Assembly: GCF_018350175.1 (NCBI RefSeq)
Contig: NC_058375.1
Coordinates: forward strand, 139,810,001-139,874,000
Direction of reading: 5' to 3'
Source: Felis catus
Taxonomy: Eukaryota
Length of the DNA: 64,000 nt
Below are positions 1-10,635 of the stretch, piece after piece. The number at the start of each line of letters is the position of its first letter. Within the stretch, counting starts at the first letter, position 1. Below the pieces are notes generated by a model, which ran no database searches, was not told the origin of the DNA, and was given only the letters and a program-made list of their open reading frames with translations. The translations under genes were made by a program, and so were the position numbers.

Positions 1-1381
1 CTATCAGCTGAGTGATATTCATCCCAACAAAGCCCTCCAACTTCTGGAGTTTTCTTCTGATGTCTGGGGCAGCCTGTGCCACAAAAGAGGTATTTACCAT
101 CTGTTGAGTTTCTGGTGCCTCGGGGTCAAACAGGGTATATACACGGTATGCTTCACATAATCTTTCATAGTAGTCTCCGGGAGACTCCCCAGGGTGCTGC
201 ATGACTGATGATATTTTAGTCTTGTTCATTGGCTTTCTGGCTCCAGCTAAGGCTCCCCAGAGGAGGGCTTCCTGGTATCATCAGATGTGGGCCTGTCCTT
301 CTTCTGTGGTGAAATCCCTTGTTGGGCGTTCTTCGGGTGCAGCAGCTTGAGCCCAGACAGCAGGGTCATTAATCCCTGGAGGTGCATGATCTTCTAGGTA
401 CTCTCGTGTTTCTCTTTTCCTTCTTCTTTCTTCTGTATTAAGCAGAGTACGGAGTAACTGTTGACAGTATTCCCAAGTTGGTCAGTGGGTCTGGAAGAGG
501 GACTCCATCAAGTTGACCATTGCTTGTGGCTTTTCAGAGTATGATGGAGTGTTGTGTTTCCAGTTGAGGAGGTCGGTTGTGGAGAAAGGTTGATAATACA
601 TCATGGAATGGCTGGGCTGGACTATTCCATCCTCATTCTGTCTTTCAGGCTCTCATGTCTCCCTTACAGGCATTTGGAGAGCGTTAGGTCTGGGTCTGGG
701 GTGCAGTCTGGCTGCTGGCCCTTGTGGGGGAGGGTTCTCTGCGTCCGAGAGGGACGGAGAGATGGGTGGTGCCACTGCTGTGGCGACTGTGGTGGTTGTG
801 ACAGTGACTGCGGTGGCAGTGACTTCGGTGGCGGTGGCGTGGTGACTGTGGCCCTGGTGGAGAGACAGATGGGGGAGGAGTTTCAGGCTCAGGGGGAGGG
901 GGAGGGAGCTTGGCGAGTCACAAGGAGGTGGAAAGACAATATCTTCTTCATCTCCTTTGAATATTAGAGGAGCGGTGGGTCGGTCGCTTCTTTGGCTCCC
1001 TGGGTGAGCCTCTAGGTAAAGTGGCTAAAACCTTTGCCTGGCTTTGTTTGCTAACGATGAATCACCCCCAAGGCGGGGGATTTCGGGCAATTTCAAGCCA
1101 GGGCAATTTCAAGCCAGGGCAATTTCAAGCCAGGAGTCGATGTATGGAAATTGATCAGGGTGGCCTGGGTTCCCAGTGACTATTAGCCAAACCTGCTGCA
1201 TTATTTGAGCATCCAATGTCCCTTCAGGGGGCCATCCTACATTGAATATGGGCCATTCTAGTTCACAAAAGGTCCTTAACTTCCTGGGTGTCATTTTCAC
1301 CCCATAATCGCCTGAAAATCCCTTTTTAAAATTTTTGAGCATGACCTCTAAAATCGTAGGCTTACTCTGTTTTGTTCCCAT
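1..1381 (-). pseudogene. gag: Retroviral gag pseudogene (MA, p12-like region, CA p30)
   Basis: Starts MGTKQS (MGxxxS myristoylation motif; ATG at 1381). MA motifs FCELEWP..VGWPPEGT and GHPDQFPYIDSW..NPPPW. CA starts near 670 (QMPVRE), followed by YQPFSTTDLLNWKHNTPSYSEKPQ, the MHR QHPGESPGDYYERLCEAY and AQAAPDIRRKLQKLEG. TGA stops at 1062, 653, 482, 281 and 278, plus small duplications. Confidence 0.95.
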
Positions 1382-1684
1382 TATTAATTTCTTTCTCATA
1401 TTTGGTGTCGCAAAGACAAAGGGAGGGTATCCCCTCGGGTGAGAGGACCAATCAGATACTTCTCTCTGGTCGCATTCCTGAGGGAAACTTTAGGTGAGGT
1501 TTGGCTGTAGCGGACTCAGCTTTGTGACTTGCAGTTGGAATCTGAGCCAATACCGCCCTGGACCTTATACGCTCACCACGCACAGGAGAGCGCATTTAGA
1601 CTCCGTAGACTCTTGGGGACCTTAAGGGTGCCTGTCCGTGGAGCCACAAACTCGAACTCGACTGGCAAGCCTGGCTGAGCCACA

Positions 1685-1688
<4 letters not shown>

Positions 1689-1737
<49 letters not shown>
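1689..1737. repeat. (CA)n microsatellite in ERV leader
   Basis: About 24 uninterrupted CA units. Confidence 0.95.
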
Positions 1738-1738
<1 letters not shown>

Positions 1739-2065
1739 AGAGTCTATTACATTCCCTCTTGCAAAAATTATCTACCTGTGAGACCTGTTAAGACTTCCAA
1801 GGATTGATCAGGTCCCCCTTCCACCCTTTTGGGTGGGCCTGACTTCTTTGGGGCCCCGGCCTTACCGGTTCCGATGTCGGGTCCAGGTCCTCATCTACCA
1901 GGTCTGAGTCCGGTGGGAACAACGGAGTGGGGCCAGCCCGAGGCAACCGAGAAGGAGACTGCCGAAATTCAGGCAGGGCGCACCTTCTCCCTTGCGATCC
2001 CTCACTCCATCACCGCCTTGCTGTTTTCCCAAACAGGTGGCAACAATGAGCCAGCACGGTTGGGT

Positions 2066-2083
2066 TTCCCGGTCAGGGAACCA
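2066..2083 (-). promoter_or_regulatory. Primer-binding site, tRNA-Glu
   Basis: Plus strand TTCCCGGTCAGGGAACCA equals the 3' 18 nt (with CCA) of mammalian tRNA-Glu(CTC). It sits 4 nt inside the LTR end. Confidence 0.92.
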
Positions 2084-2087
2084 AGTA

Positions 2088-2384
2088 TGTTACGGAACCA
2101 GACTGGAACGCTGGCGGAAAAACCAAGCAGCACTGGGAGATCTTGGTGGATTGGAGATTTATTTAACACTGGTGGGCTCAGAGGAGACTGTTTCTCCACA
2201 GGTCTGAGCCTGGAATGCAAGTGGGGAGGGTAATTTATAGCCGACAGCCTCCATTTCTGTGGGGGTTTTTGCGTGCACAGCAAACAAAAGAAGAAGAACC
2301 CGGAGGAGGGGTCTCTAAGCTAGAGACCAGAGTCTGTGTTAGTCCTGTTGGCCATTTTGGCATACTTTATTTACTTCTCCAACA
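2088..2384 (-). mobile_element. 5' LTR of the ERV (~300 bp; outer boundary approximate)
   Basis: Minus strand begins TGTTGG and ends TAACA next to the PBS. It has a TATAAAT box (~2233-2239) and AATAAA (~2158-2163) in the correct order. Confidence 0.75.
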
Positions 2385-2559
2385 ACATCAGTCAGGGAGC
2401 CTCCTTTACAGCAGGTCATGTGGGATCCTTAAGTCAGCCACACATGTGGTGTACCTCTGAGCCACTGGGCTGTTCAACTTGCTACTGCTGTTGGAAAACC
2501 CTAGTAATTAAGTGATTGAGTCACAAGAATGTACCTGCAGCGGGGGACTCTGCTTCAGG

Positions 2560-2795
2560 CGGGGTATGAAGCTGGGTGATTGTGGCTTCAGGATATGAAG
2601 CCCAGCTGCCTGGGGTTGAATCCCAGCCTGGCCGTGTACTAGGTAAGTTACTGCATCCGTCTGTGCCTCCCTGCCCTCTGTGAAATGTGCCACATGACTA
2701 TGTTGACCTACAGGGTGGCTATGGGGATTAAATGCATTACTATACACAGAGAGCTCGGGCGGGGGCCTGGCACAGAACGGGCACGTGTTGACATT
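2560..2795 (+). mobile_element. MIR SINE fragment
   Basis: MIR core-like text (cctggggttgaatcccagc...gtaagttact...ctgtgcctc...ctgtgaaatg). Confidence 0.7.
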
Positions 2796-2895
2796 ATCTC
2801 GTCCAGGGCCATCCTATCTTCTACAGAGATCCTGAACTGTCAGGATCACACATGTTGTCAGTTGTGGATCCTGGACCAAGAAGTCCGATCGGCTG

Positions 2896-3235
2896 TGTAG
2901 CAGTTTTCAAAGTTCCTGGCCTTGGGACCCTTTATAGTCTTAAAAAGTATTGACATCAAAAAGCTTCTACATTCCTGGGGTATGTCTCTTGATATGTTTT
3001 ATACTATTGATATAAATTGAAACAAAAATTTTAGATATCACTACTGTCAACCAAAATGCCACTTTTAATGAAAGGTAATAATTTTCCAAAACAAAAACAG
3101 CAGAATGGCATTGCTTTGCAGTTTTGCAAATCTGTTTAACATTTGGCTTAATGGACAGCAATGGATTCCCCTCTCTGCTCCTGCATTCTGTCCGTGCAGT
3201 GTGTTTATTTTAGTTGAATTAAAAAAGCCCAGCCT
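2896..3235 (+). mobile_element. hAT-Charlie (Charlie1-like) DNA transposon fragment
   Basis: Resembles the Charlie1 5' end (gggaccctttatagtcttaaaaagtattga) and an internal stretch (ggcattgctttgcagttttgcaaatctgtttaacatttggcttaat). Confidence 0.6.
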
Positions 3236-5875
3236 TGTCACTCCAGACAGGATTCTTGGGCATGGAGAAGTTATGATCATAGCACCTTCTTCACCCAGGG
3301 TTCGCTGGGTGTTGGATGAGTGATGTGAAAGAAGAGTGGAAGGTCCTAGTGGAAGGAGTGGAAGGGAATGGAATGCTGTGTGGCAAGAACTAGGGCCAGT
3401 GTTGTGGTGGATGTGGGGACAGGCCTGAGAGTATCAACAGAGTGGGACCCGGGGAGAGAGGCCAGAAGTGACTGCAGACGGGCCCTATGGCACAGGACTT
3501 AGAAACCAGCGCTGTGAGCTCAAAGGAAGCAACCACGGAGGAGCCGGAAGGAAGAGCGATGCTCCCTCCACAGCAGATTGCACTACTGCTCCCGTGAGAT
3601 AAACCCACTTCTTTTCAGCAGTGGTACGTGAAGTTCCATTGGTAATTCTTATAATGTGGGGATTGAACTGTAGAAAGGCAAAAGAGAAGATAAAACTATG
3701 TACTGTTTGGATTAAGCATAAATCCACTTGCAAGCAATTGCAAAAGCTAAAGTTGGGGGGAAAAATCTCGAAATACGTTCTTGCAAAACTCTTGTATAAT
3801 TAGCTTCTTTCTTCAGCCTCCCCACCCCTTCTAAAGAAAGGCGATTTTATTTCCTTCTAAGTCTGGTCACACGTTGCCACTCTGAATTTCCATCTCCAGT
3901 TTGGCAGAGGCCCAGGGACAGCCTCGTAGCAAGTCACTTCAGCCAGTACCGTGCTTGCGGCTGAGTGAGGACCAACTCTGAGCCACCCAAGAGGGTCCAC
4001 AGAACTGGGTGTTAAATGTTCTCCAGATTTGCCGGCCTCGCTGGGTGGCTGCTCTCTGCCATCGGAAGTCAGAAATGGTTTCTCCAGGGGCCAACCCATT
4101 TACTTTTATAAATTCTATCCATGTCCCCCCGCTCTGGATTTATCAGAAGAGACGAGCATTCAGATCGTTGGGGGATGTTTGGGAATCCTTTTTTCTTGGG
4201 CTTGCTGGAAAGACTGCTTTGGCAGATGGGCTGTAAAGATCTTTAATTCAGAATGCAGAATGACCTCTTCATGGTAAAGGACCCTTTCTTTATTGGGGGC
4301 GTTCCTGTGTTTTTCCTTTCCACAGCCTGTCACGTCTCCGGCTTCTCACCCGCCTTGAGGTGACCAAGCAGGTTGGGTCTCCTTTGTGGCCCCCTGTTTC
4401 TAACGTACTGCTGGCCAGAACGTGCTGAGTCTTGCCCATGCAAGGGTGGGGGGTTTGAATGAAAGGCCCGTGGTCCCCTGGCATGTCAGAGGCCACCCCA
4501 CCAAGCGTGTGTCTTTAATCCTAGGCTCTGTCAACACGGTTGGCAGCAATCCTCTCGTTAAACCCTAACCCTACAATTTAAGGCGTGTGCTCCTACCTCC
4601 CTGCCTCCAGGTGGTGGTCTTCCGAAACCATCCAAGAGCCTATTGGTTTTCAGCTCAAACTGAATTAAAGTGACAACTATGACCAGGCTTCTAGAGTCTT
4701 CATCTCTTGTCCTAATAATAAGCACAAAATCTTACCGGAAAGGCTAAACATTCAAGATGCTCTTCCCAGAGACAAATCTTTCTCTGTAACTTCTAAACAG
4801 GACATGAATATTATCATGTAGGGTTCTTGAAGCCATTTTTAATGGAGCAGATTTCTACCTGTGGAGTTACACCATTGGAGCAAGAGATGGTAGCTACCAA
4901 ATGAGCTTTCTATTTTTTGTGTCTGTCTCTTTTCTCCTACACAATTTCTGTCTTTTTTCTCCTCTACCCTCCCGCCTACCCACTTTGCTCCTACCTTTTT
5001 TATAATCCCTTTACACATGCTGAATTTTTACTGTTTATTTATAATTTACATCCTGCTTATTTATGCAAAATATGTGAGGTTACTTACAATATTAAACACA
5101 GGAGTCAGGAGAGTGAAGAGAAAAAAACTAGAGAGGGAGAGAGCGCTGTAGCAGGAATCTGAGATGTTTAGCACAGTTGAGCGCTGAAGTTGGATGTAAG
5201 CCTTCTTCTAGAAGGAAAAACAGTGCGATGTGTCAGGTTATGGAGTTCCTTTTAAAACCAGATGGACACGTGGGTTTTTCTTATGTGTGTCATATTTCCG
5301 TGCCAGGCAATTCCCTGTTTCTCCAGGACGAGGCTCTACTTATCGCTGCTGTCACCCCCTCCCCATCCCACAAGCACCTTGAGCTCTGCACAAAACCCAT
5401 AGGAAGATGACTGGCAGACCCATGGCTTCCAGCTGGTGGGAAGAAGCTGAACCCTTTGCTTTCTTCCTGAAAGTTGACTTTATTAGAGTTGGTCCAAAGG
5501 CGACAGAGGCCACTTGGGGCTGGCCTCTGAGTCAGGACTTAGCCCAGACTTTTATCCTGGAGACCTGAGCATGACCAGATGGACCTCTGGTGGGCAAAAT
5601 CAAAGGGGATGTCTCCTCCGAGTAACTTCCTCAGCCCAGGGAGGTGAAACCTACCTTTCAGCCGGGACTGGGAATCTGTTTCTTGAGAGAGCCTGGGTTA
5701 GGGGTCATGTCTGAGCTGCCTCAAAATCCCAAGTGCTGGCAAGTGCAAAGGTGTTTGAGTACTCCTTAGGAATGAGAAAATGCATTCTGTTCCTCTATCA
5801 CCAGTGTCAATAGATACGGGACTTTTGGAAGAGACTGTGGTCAGGGCTAAATGCTTAAATCAAAAGCAGTAAATA

Positions 5876-6213
5876 GGAGCTGTGTTGTCTGATACACTAG
5901 CCACTAGCCACATGTGGCCACTGAGACTTGAAATGTGGCCAAGGCCAAACTGAGATGTGGTCAAAATGCAAAATATACACCACATTGCAAACACTGTGGG
6001 AAAAAAATTGAAGTATCTCAATAGTGATATTGTAACGTAAGATAGCTCAACCTGTAATAATGATTACACGTTGAAATGACAATGTATGGAATTTATTGGG
6101 TTAAATGAACTATATTATTAAAACTCATTTGACTTCTTCCCGCTTTTTAATGGAGCCACTTGAAAATTTAAAATTAAATATGTGGCTCACATGGTATTTA
6201 TATTGGACAGCTC
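5876..6213 (+). mobile_element. hAT MITE (MER3/MER33-like)
   Basis: Starts gctgtgttgtctgatacactagccactagccacatgtggcca and ends tattggacagc, typical termini of this group. Confidence 0.75.
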
Positions 6214-6348
6214 AGGTCTGAATATCTAGAATATTCATCTAAATATCTAAATACTCTAGATATTCTAAATATGAAAACATTTTTTGAGGAGTGTATTTCC
6301 ACTGTGTTCCCTAACGCCTATGTTCTCTCTCTTGTTCTTTTTCAACAG

Positions 6349-6386
6349 ATACGGCTCTCCACGCAGCATGTCAAGGACTACGTTAA
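6349..6386 (+). CDS. Possible final coding segment (x)TALHAACQGLR* if the preceding intron is phase 1; the exon may instead be non-coding
   Basis: AT ACG GCT CTC CAC GCA GCA TGT CAA GGA CTA CGT TAA. Three CpGs are retained in 38 nt. The frame cannot be fixed without the upstream exon. Confidence 0.3.
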
Positions 6387-7824
6387 TCACCAATTCCTAT
6401 ATATTTTTTTTTCCCTCCTACACAAAATTTCCATTTTCTTTTACATTTGTTTACCCCAGCCATCTGCAGTACACCAGTTTCAGATATTTGAGCTGTGTAG
6501 AATTTCTGTGTGTAGAGGTGTGTGCTTGGACTTTTCCTGAGAAATCTGAAGGGGACACTAACAGAAGATCCACTTACCCCTGGGAACCATTGCCAGGACT
6601 CGGCTTCGGGGTGCTGGGTGGTCTCTGGGCAGTCCCTGGAGCCTCCTGTCTCCATAGTGCACAGTCCCAGCAAACGCCCTCCATGCCATTCCCTGGGGGG
6701 AACATCCAAGTGCCCTGGAGGCGGGGAATCACGCTCCACTGCACCTGTCTGGTCTCCTGTAAAATAAACATATTACTTTATATTTTTAGGGAACAACAAC
6801 AAAAAAAGTGCTGCTATAAGGTTCAAAATTTTCATTCTGAACACTTTTCCGAAACAAATTACCCCAAAGAAGCATTTTGAATATCCCGGTCACATCTTTG
6901 GATCTGTGAAATACACTTTTAGTAGGGCACCTGTTAAAATGCAAAACAAATTTCTTCAAGGCAGAAAAACAATCTGACAGTAGCAATGTAGAATTTGTTC
7001 ATTCAAACACATCTATGTAAATGTGAAAAGTCATAAAATTCACCTGAGCTGCTTGCTAGTGAACCTGCAGCGACTAGTCTCAGCCAGCCCACTTTGAACA
7101 TCCTTTCTTCAGGAGTGTTGAAAATGCTGCAAAGTTGGGTGATTGGAAATGGGGTGGCCCCCTCCTCGCTTCCTCCTCCCTGACCCTACTGGAGCTCGCA
7201 CTGGGGATGGCTTCTTCCTGTAGGGAACCATCTTAAGCCTTGAGGGGGTACTGCTGATGAAATCCAGGATCATTCATTCCCACAGTTGAAAAAGGAAGCC
7301 CTCCGGCAGGGGAGTAATTGACAAATATTTGTGCCTGTGAATAAGTTGCTGTAAGTTGTTATGTTAACCCTTCATTGCGGATTGTTTTTTTGAGTTTGTT
7401 CTGTGGCTTCAAATTGATAGATTTCATCTTCTTAAGCAGAATTAGAAGAACTCGGTATGGATGGATTTTTTTTTTTTTTTTTTTTTTTTTACATTTAACT
7501 ATTGGTTTATTTAACACATGAATTTAAAGCTGAATCAACTCTTACTTCCAGTTGTGGATTTTAGAATGATTGATTTCCAAGTAGTAAAGTCTTCAGGGAA
7601 GCTGACAAAGGTTCAATTAACTTGGTCTTGTGTGCTGCTACTAGTTTTGACAAATTGGAGGGTAAGTCAGTGACGACCAGACTAATCTCAGTGAAAGCAT
7701 CCATCCTATCTCTGTGCCTGCCCACGATGAGGAAGCTGGCACTGTCCCTGCTGCTGTCACCACAGGAATGAAATGTAGGCCGGGTAGACATGGAGTTTTC
7801 TCTTTGCTGTGTGAGTCGTAGTTG

Positions 7825-7826
<2 letters not shown>

Positions 7827-7872
<46 letters not shown>
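7827..7872. repeat. (TG)n microsatellite in 3' UTR
   Basis: About 23 TG units. Confidence 0.95.
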
Positions 7873-7875
<3 letters not shown>

Positions 7876-10251
7876 GCACTGAGGACTGTGAATTAACTTC
7901 CAGACTTTTCTTGTGTAAAATTTTCCTAACACAGCAAAGCTGCTTTGACTTAATTTATTTGTTAAATGTTGCACTTTGTTTATGTGTTTTGGTTTTTTTT
8001 TTGGGGGGGGGGACTAAGGAGAAAGAAGAAGACAAATTCTACTGAAGTATTTATTTCATAAAAATGACAATTTTGCATTCATTTACATTTTAAAAATTCT
8101 TCTTTTGATTTTCTTATATTGCCAGTAACTTGCCTGTATACATGCTCAATGGCTATTTACAGTCTGATAGAAGGGGCTTCGTAGGGCAGCATTTGCAAAC
8201 CTTATCAGGTAATAACATATGCCATAGATTATAATCTTGCCATTAATATGTTTGGCTCTGATTTTAGAGGCTGAAGCATTGGTCTTGGAGAGGATTGCCA
8301 ATTAGTAGTTGAGTGACCCTACTGTCTATCATGCAACTGTATTACTTTATGTTTGGAAATTGGACAAAGGTCAGTAATTCTTTCTGGGGGCTCTCTTGTT
8401 AATAGATTATTTTAGATTCTTTCCAAAGTAACTTTTCTGTGGTTACCCCGTTTCTATTTCTCAAGAATCGCTTGGTCCTTTCGTGTTTCAAAAAGAACTA
8501 CGTGTTTCACTTGTAGTTCCATATTTCTTGATCTCCACAAGGGATTGACAAAATTCACACCACTTTTATTCACAGAGAAAGTTGGCTTTGATGTCTCTTA
8601 AAGATAATTCTGCTACTTGCTGATCAGCCAGTCAGTTCACCTAGCTTCAATCTTTATGGACCTCTAAGCTAACTTTCCCACACTGTGACTAAAAGATAGG
8701 CAGATTATCGGGGAACACAGTATATTCAAGTGGATCCCTAAATATTACTTGGTATAATAAACTAATATCAGGACCATATTCTCTGTAGGCCACTTTTTTA
8801 AAAAGCCACATTGATGCAATTTTCCTTGGTTTTTAAGGTTATTACTCCTTTCCATTTGTACTCTAAATATAAAAACCACACTTCTGAATGGCTGCGCCTA
8901 TGATTATATTTTTGGTTGTATGCTGCTTTTTGCTAGAGAGAGAAAGAGAGAGAATGTGTGTGTTTCTCCTCTGTGAATAATTTTATATTTCATGCTACTT
9001 CTTGAAAGTTTACTTTTTGATGCTATAAGGGAATAGCCAGATGGTTTATACAAATAATCTCTACCTGCAGGATGGTGGATTGTTAAATTAGAGAAATGTT
9101 GGTTGGGATATCAAGATTTGTGGTTGCATTTAACTTACCAATTGCATTCTTGTAACATAGTATGTTCCTTCATTGACTGTATTATCAATTCATAAAGTGC
9201 TTTTAAGACTTAAAAAGATTTATAGGAGGAGACTAAAATATATTAATGCCAAATGTGTTTTGATCGTTTACTAGACAATTCTGTACAAATGCCTCATCTC
9301 TTCAAAAGCTGTACGGTTGGTTTGTTTGAATGGCAGGTAGCAGGGAGAGTAAATGTGGATTCAGACTTTTAAAGGAAATAGTACCATGATTATAAAAAAT
9401 TAGAATTCATAGTAATATTGGGATAAATGAAGAAAAATGTTTGTCTGGAACGTAGCATCTAGTGACTTTGTGATGCCCTAATTTCACAATAAGAAGGGAC
9501 ATTTCTGTCCAAGGCCAGACCAAGCCATCCCCAAGACTCATGGGAGAATTATCAGTTCTCTTTTCCTAGAGGAATAACTGAAAGCAAATAAAAGTCTTGA
9601 CAGTCCCCTCTTTGAAGTGTATTTTTTTTAGCAGGGCAGGAGACATTGAGAGTCTGGCTACATGACATATTAGGGAAGTTTTTCCCTGGAAGGGAGCAGG
9701 GGGAAGATTTCACTTCATTGTCTCACCCTGAGTAGCTTGCGTAAACTAAAGGAACCATCGTAGCCTAAAATGGTTTCATTTAACACTAACAATTTAGACT
9801 GTTTAAAAGTATTGAATAAGGGCCAGGTCACTGCTGAAAGAAGCACTGCTCCATGAAGTCTGCTTACACATTTACATATTGTGTACCAATTTTAAATAAT
9901 TTTCATTGTGTGCAGATACAAGGGGAATAGGGCATCCTGTAGGATTGTACATGTTTAGTGTGTAAGTATGTAATGTGTACTGCAGATGTGTTTTCTCTGG
10001 GCTTTATGTCTCTGTACAGTAGCTTTCATTAAAAAAATTTGTGGACAGAATTGTTTTGGTGGTTTGAAGGGGACAATGGCCGCTTATATCAAGTGATGAT
10101 GCTGTAATATAGTACATGTAACAAAAGATCTGGAAGTAACCCTCCCCTGGCCCGTGGAAAACTTTGGTTATCCTCCAGGTTCTAAAATGAAGATGTATGG
10201 ATACTCTGGCAGACTGCATGTTGTATAATTTGAAAAATACTAAAAGTGGAA

Positions 10252-10295
10252 AATAAAATTGAGTTAAACTTTGGTCTGTTTTTTTTCTTTTGTGA
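10252..10295 (+). terminator. Distal polyadenylation site
   Basis: AATAAA at 10252-10257, several upstream TGTA elements, and GTCTGTTTTTTTTCTTTTGTG starting ~16 nt downstream. Confidence 0.8.
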
Positions 10296-10452
10296 GTCGT
10301 CCTAAAGGTATTCTCACCTAAGACCTCAATGCCAGTGTTAGGAGGAACCATTTTTTGGCCTCAAAAGAACAGTTCAGCGAACAGCTGCTCAGACCCAAAG
10401 CATGAGTAAAGTCAGCACTGACGTTTTTGCCTCTGACTTTGCTCAAGTACCT

Positions 10453-10635
10453 ATTTTATTTATTCATTTATTTTATTTTATTTTTTACATTTATTTTTGA
10501 GAGAGAGAAGGAGACACAGAATCTGAAGCAGGCTCCAGGCTCTGAGCTGTCAGCACAGAGCCCGACACAGAGCTCGAACCCACAAACTGCAAGATCATGA
10601 CCTGAGCTGAAGTCGGTCGCTCACCCAGGCGCCCC
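10453..10635 (-). mobile_element. Can-SINE (felid), internally deleted
   Basis: Reverse of the GGGGCGCCTGGGTG head, SINEC body and T-rich tail; part of the (CT)n region and part of the A-box region are missing. Confidence 0.9.

Larger units (their letters stand above)
1..2384 (-). mobile_element. Endogenous retrovirus, class I/gamma-like (HERV-E-like PBS-Glu), 5' portion; continues beyond window start
   Basis: The order LTR (2088-2384), PBS (2066-2083), leader, gag (1381 to <1) on the minus strand is the canonical proviral layout. Confidence 0.93.
6349..10275 (+). other. Terminal exon (short or no CDS + ~3.9 kb 3' UTR) of an unidentified plus-strand gene
   Basis: Branch point CCCTAAC (6309-6315), long pyrimidine tract and CAG acceptor at 6346-6348. 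The following ~3.9 kb is AU-rich and TE-free. It ends with AATAAA at 10252 and a U/GU-rich downstream element. Confidence 0.8.

Noticed and set aside
554-967. Plus-strand ORFs of 137 and 80 aa
   Set aside because: Antisense shadows of gag.
4559-4574. Telomere-like CCCTAA repeat
   Set aside because: Only two units; chance level.
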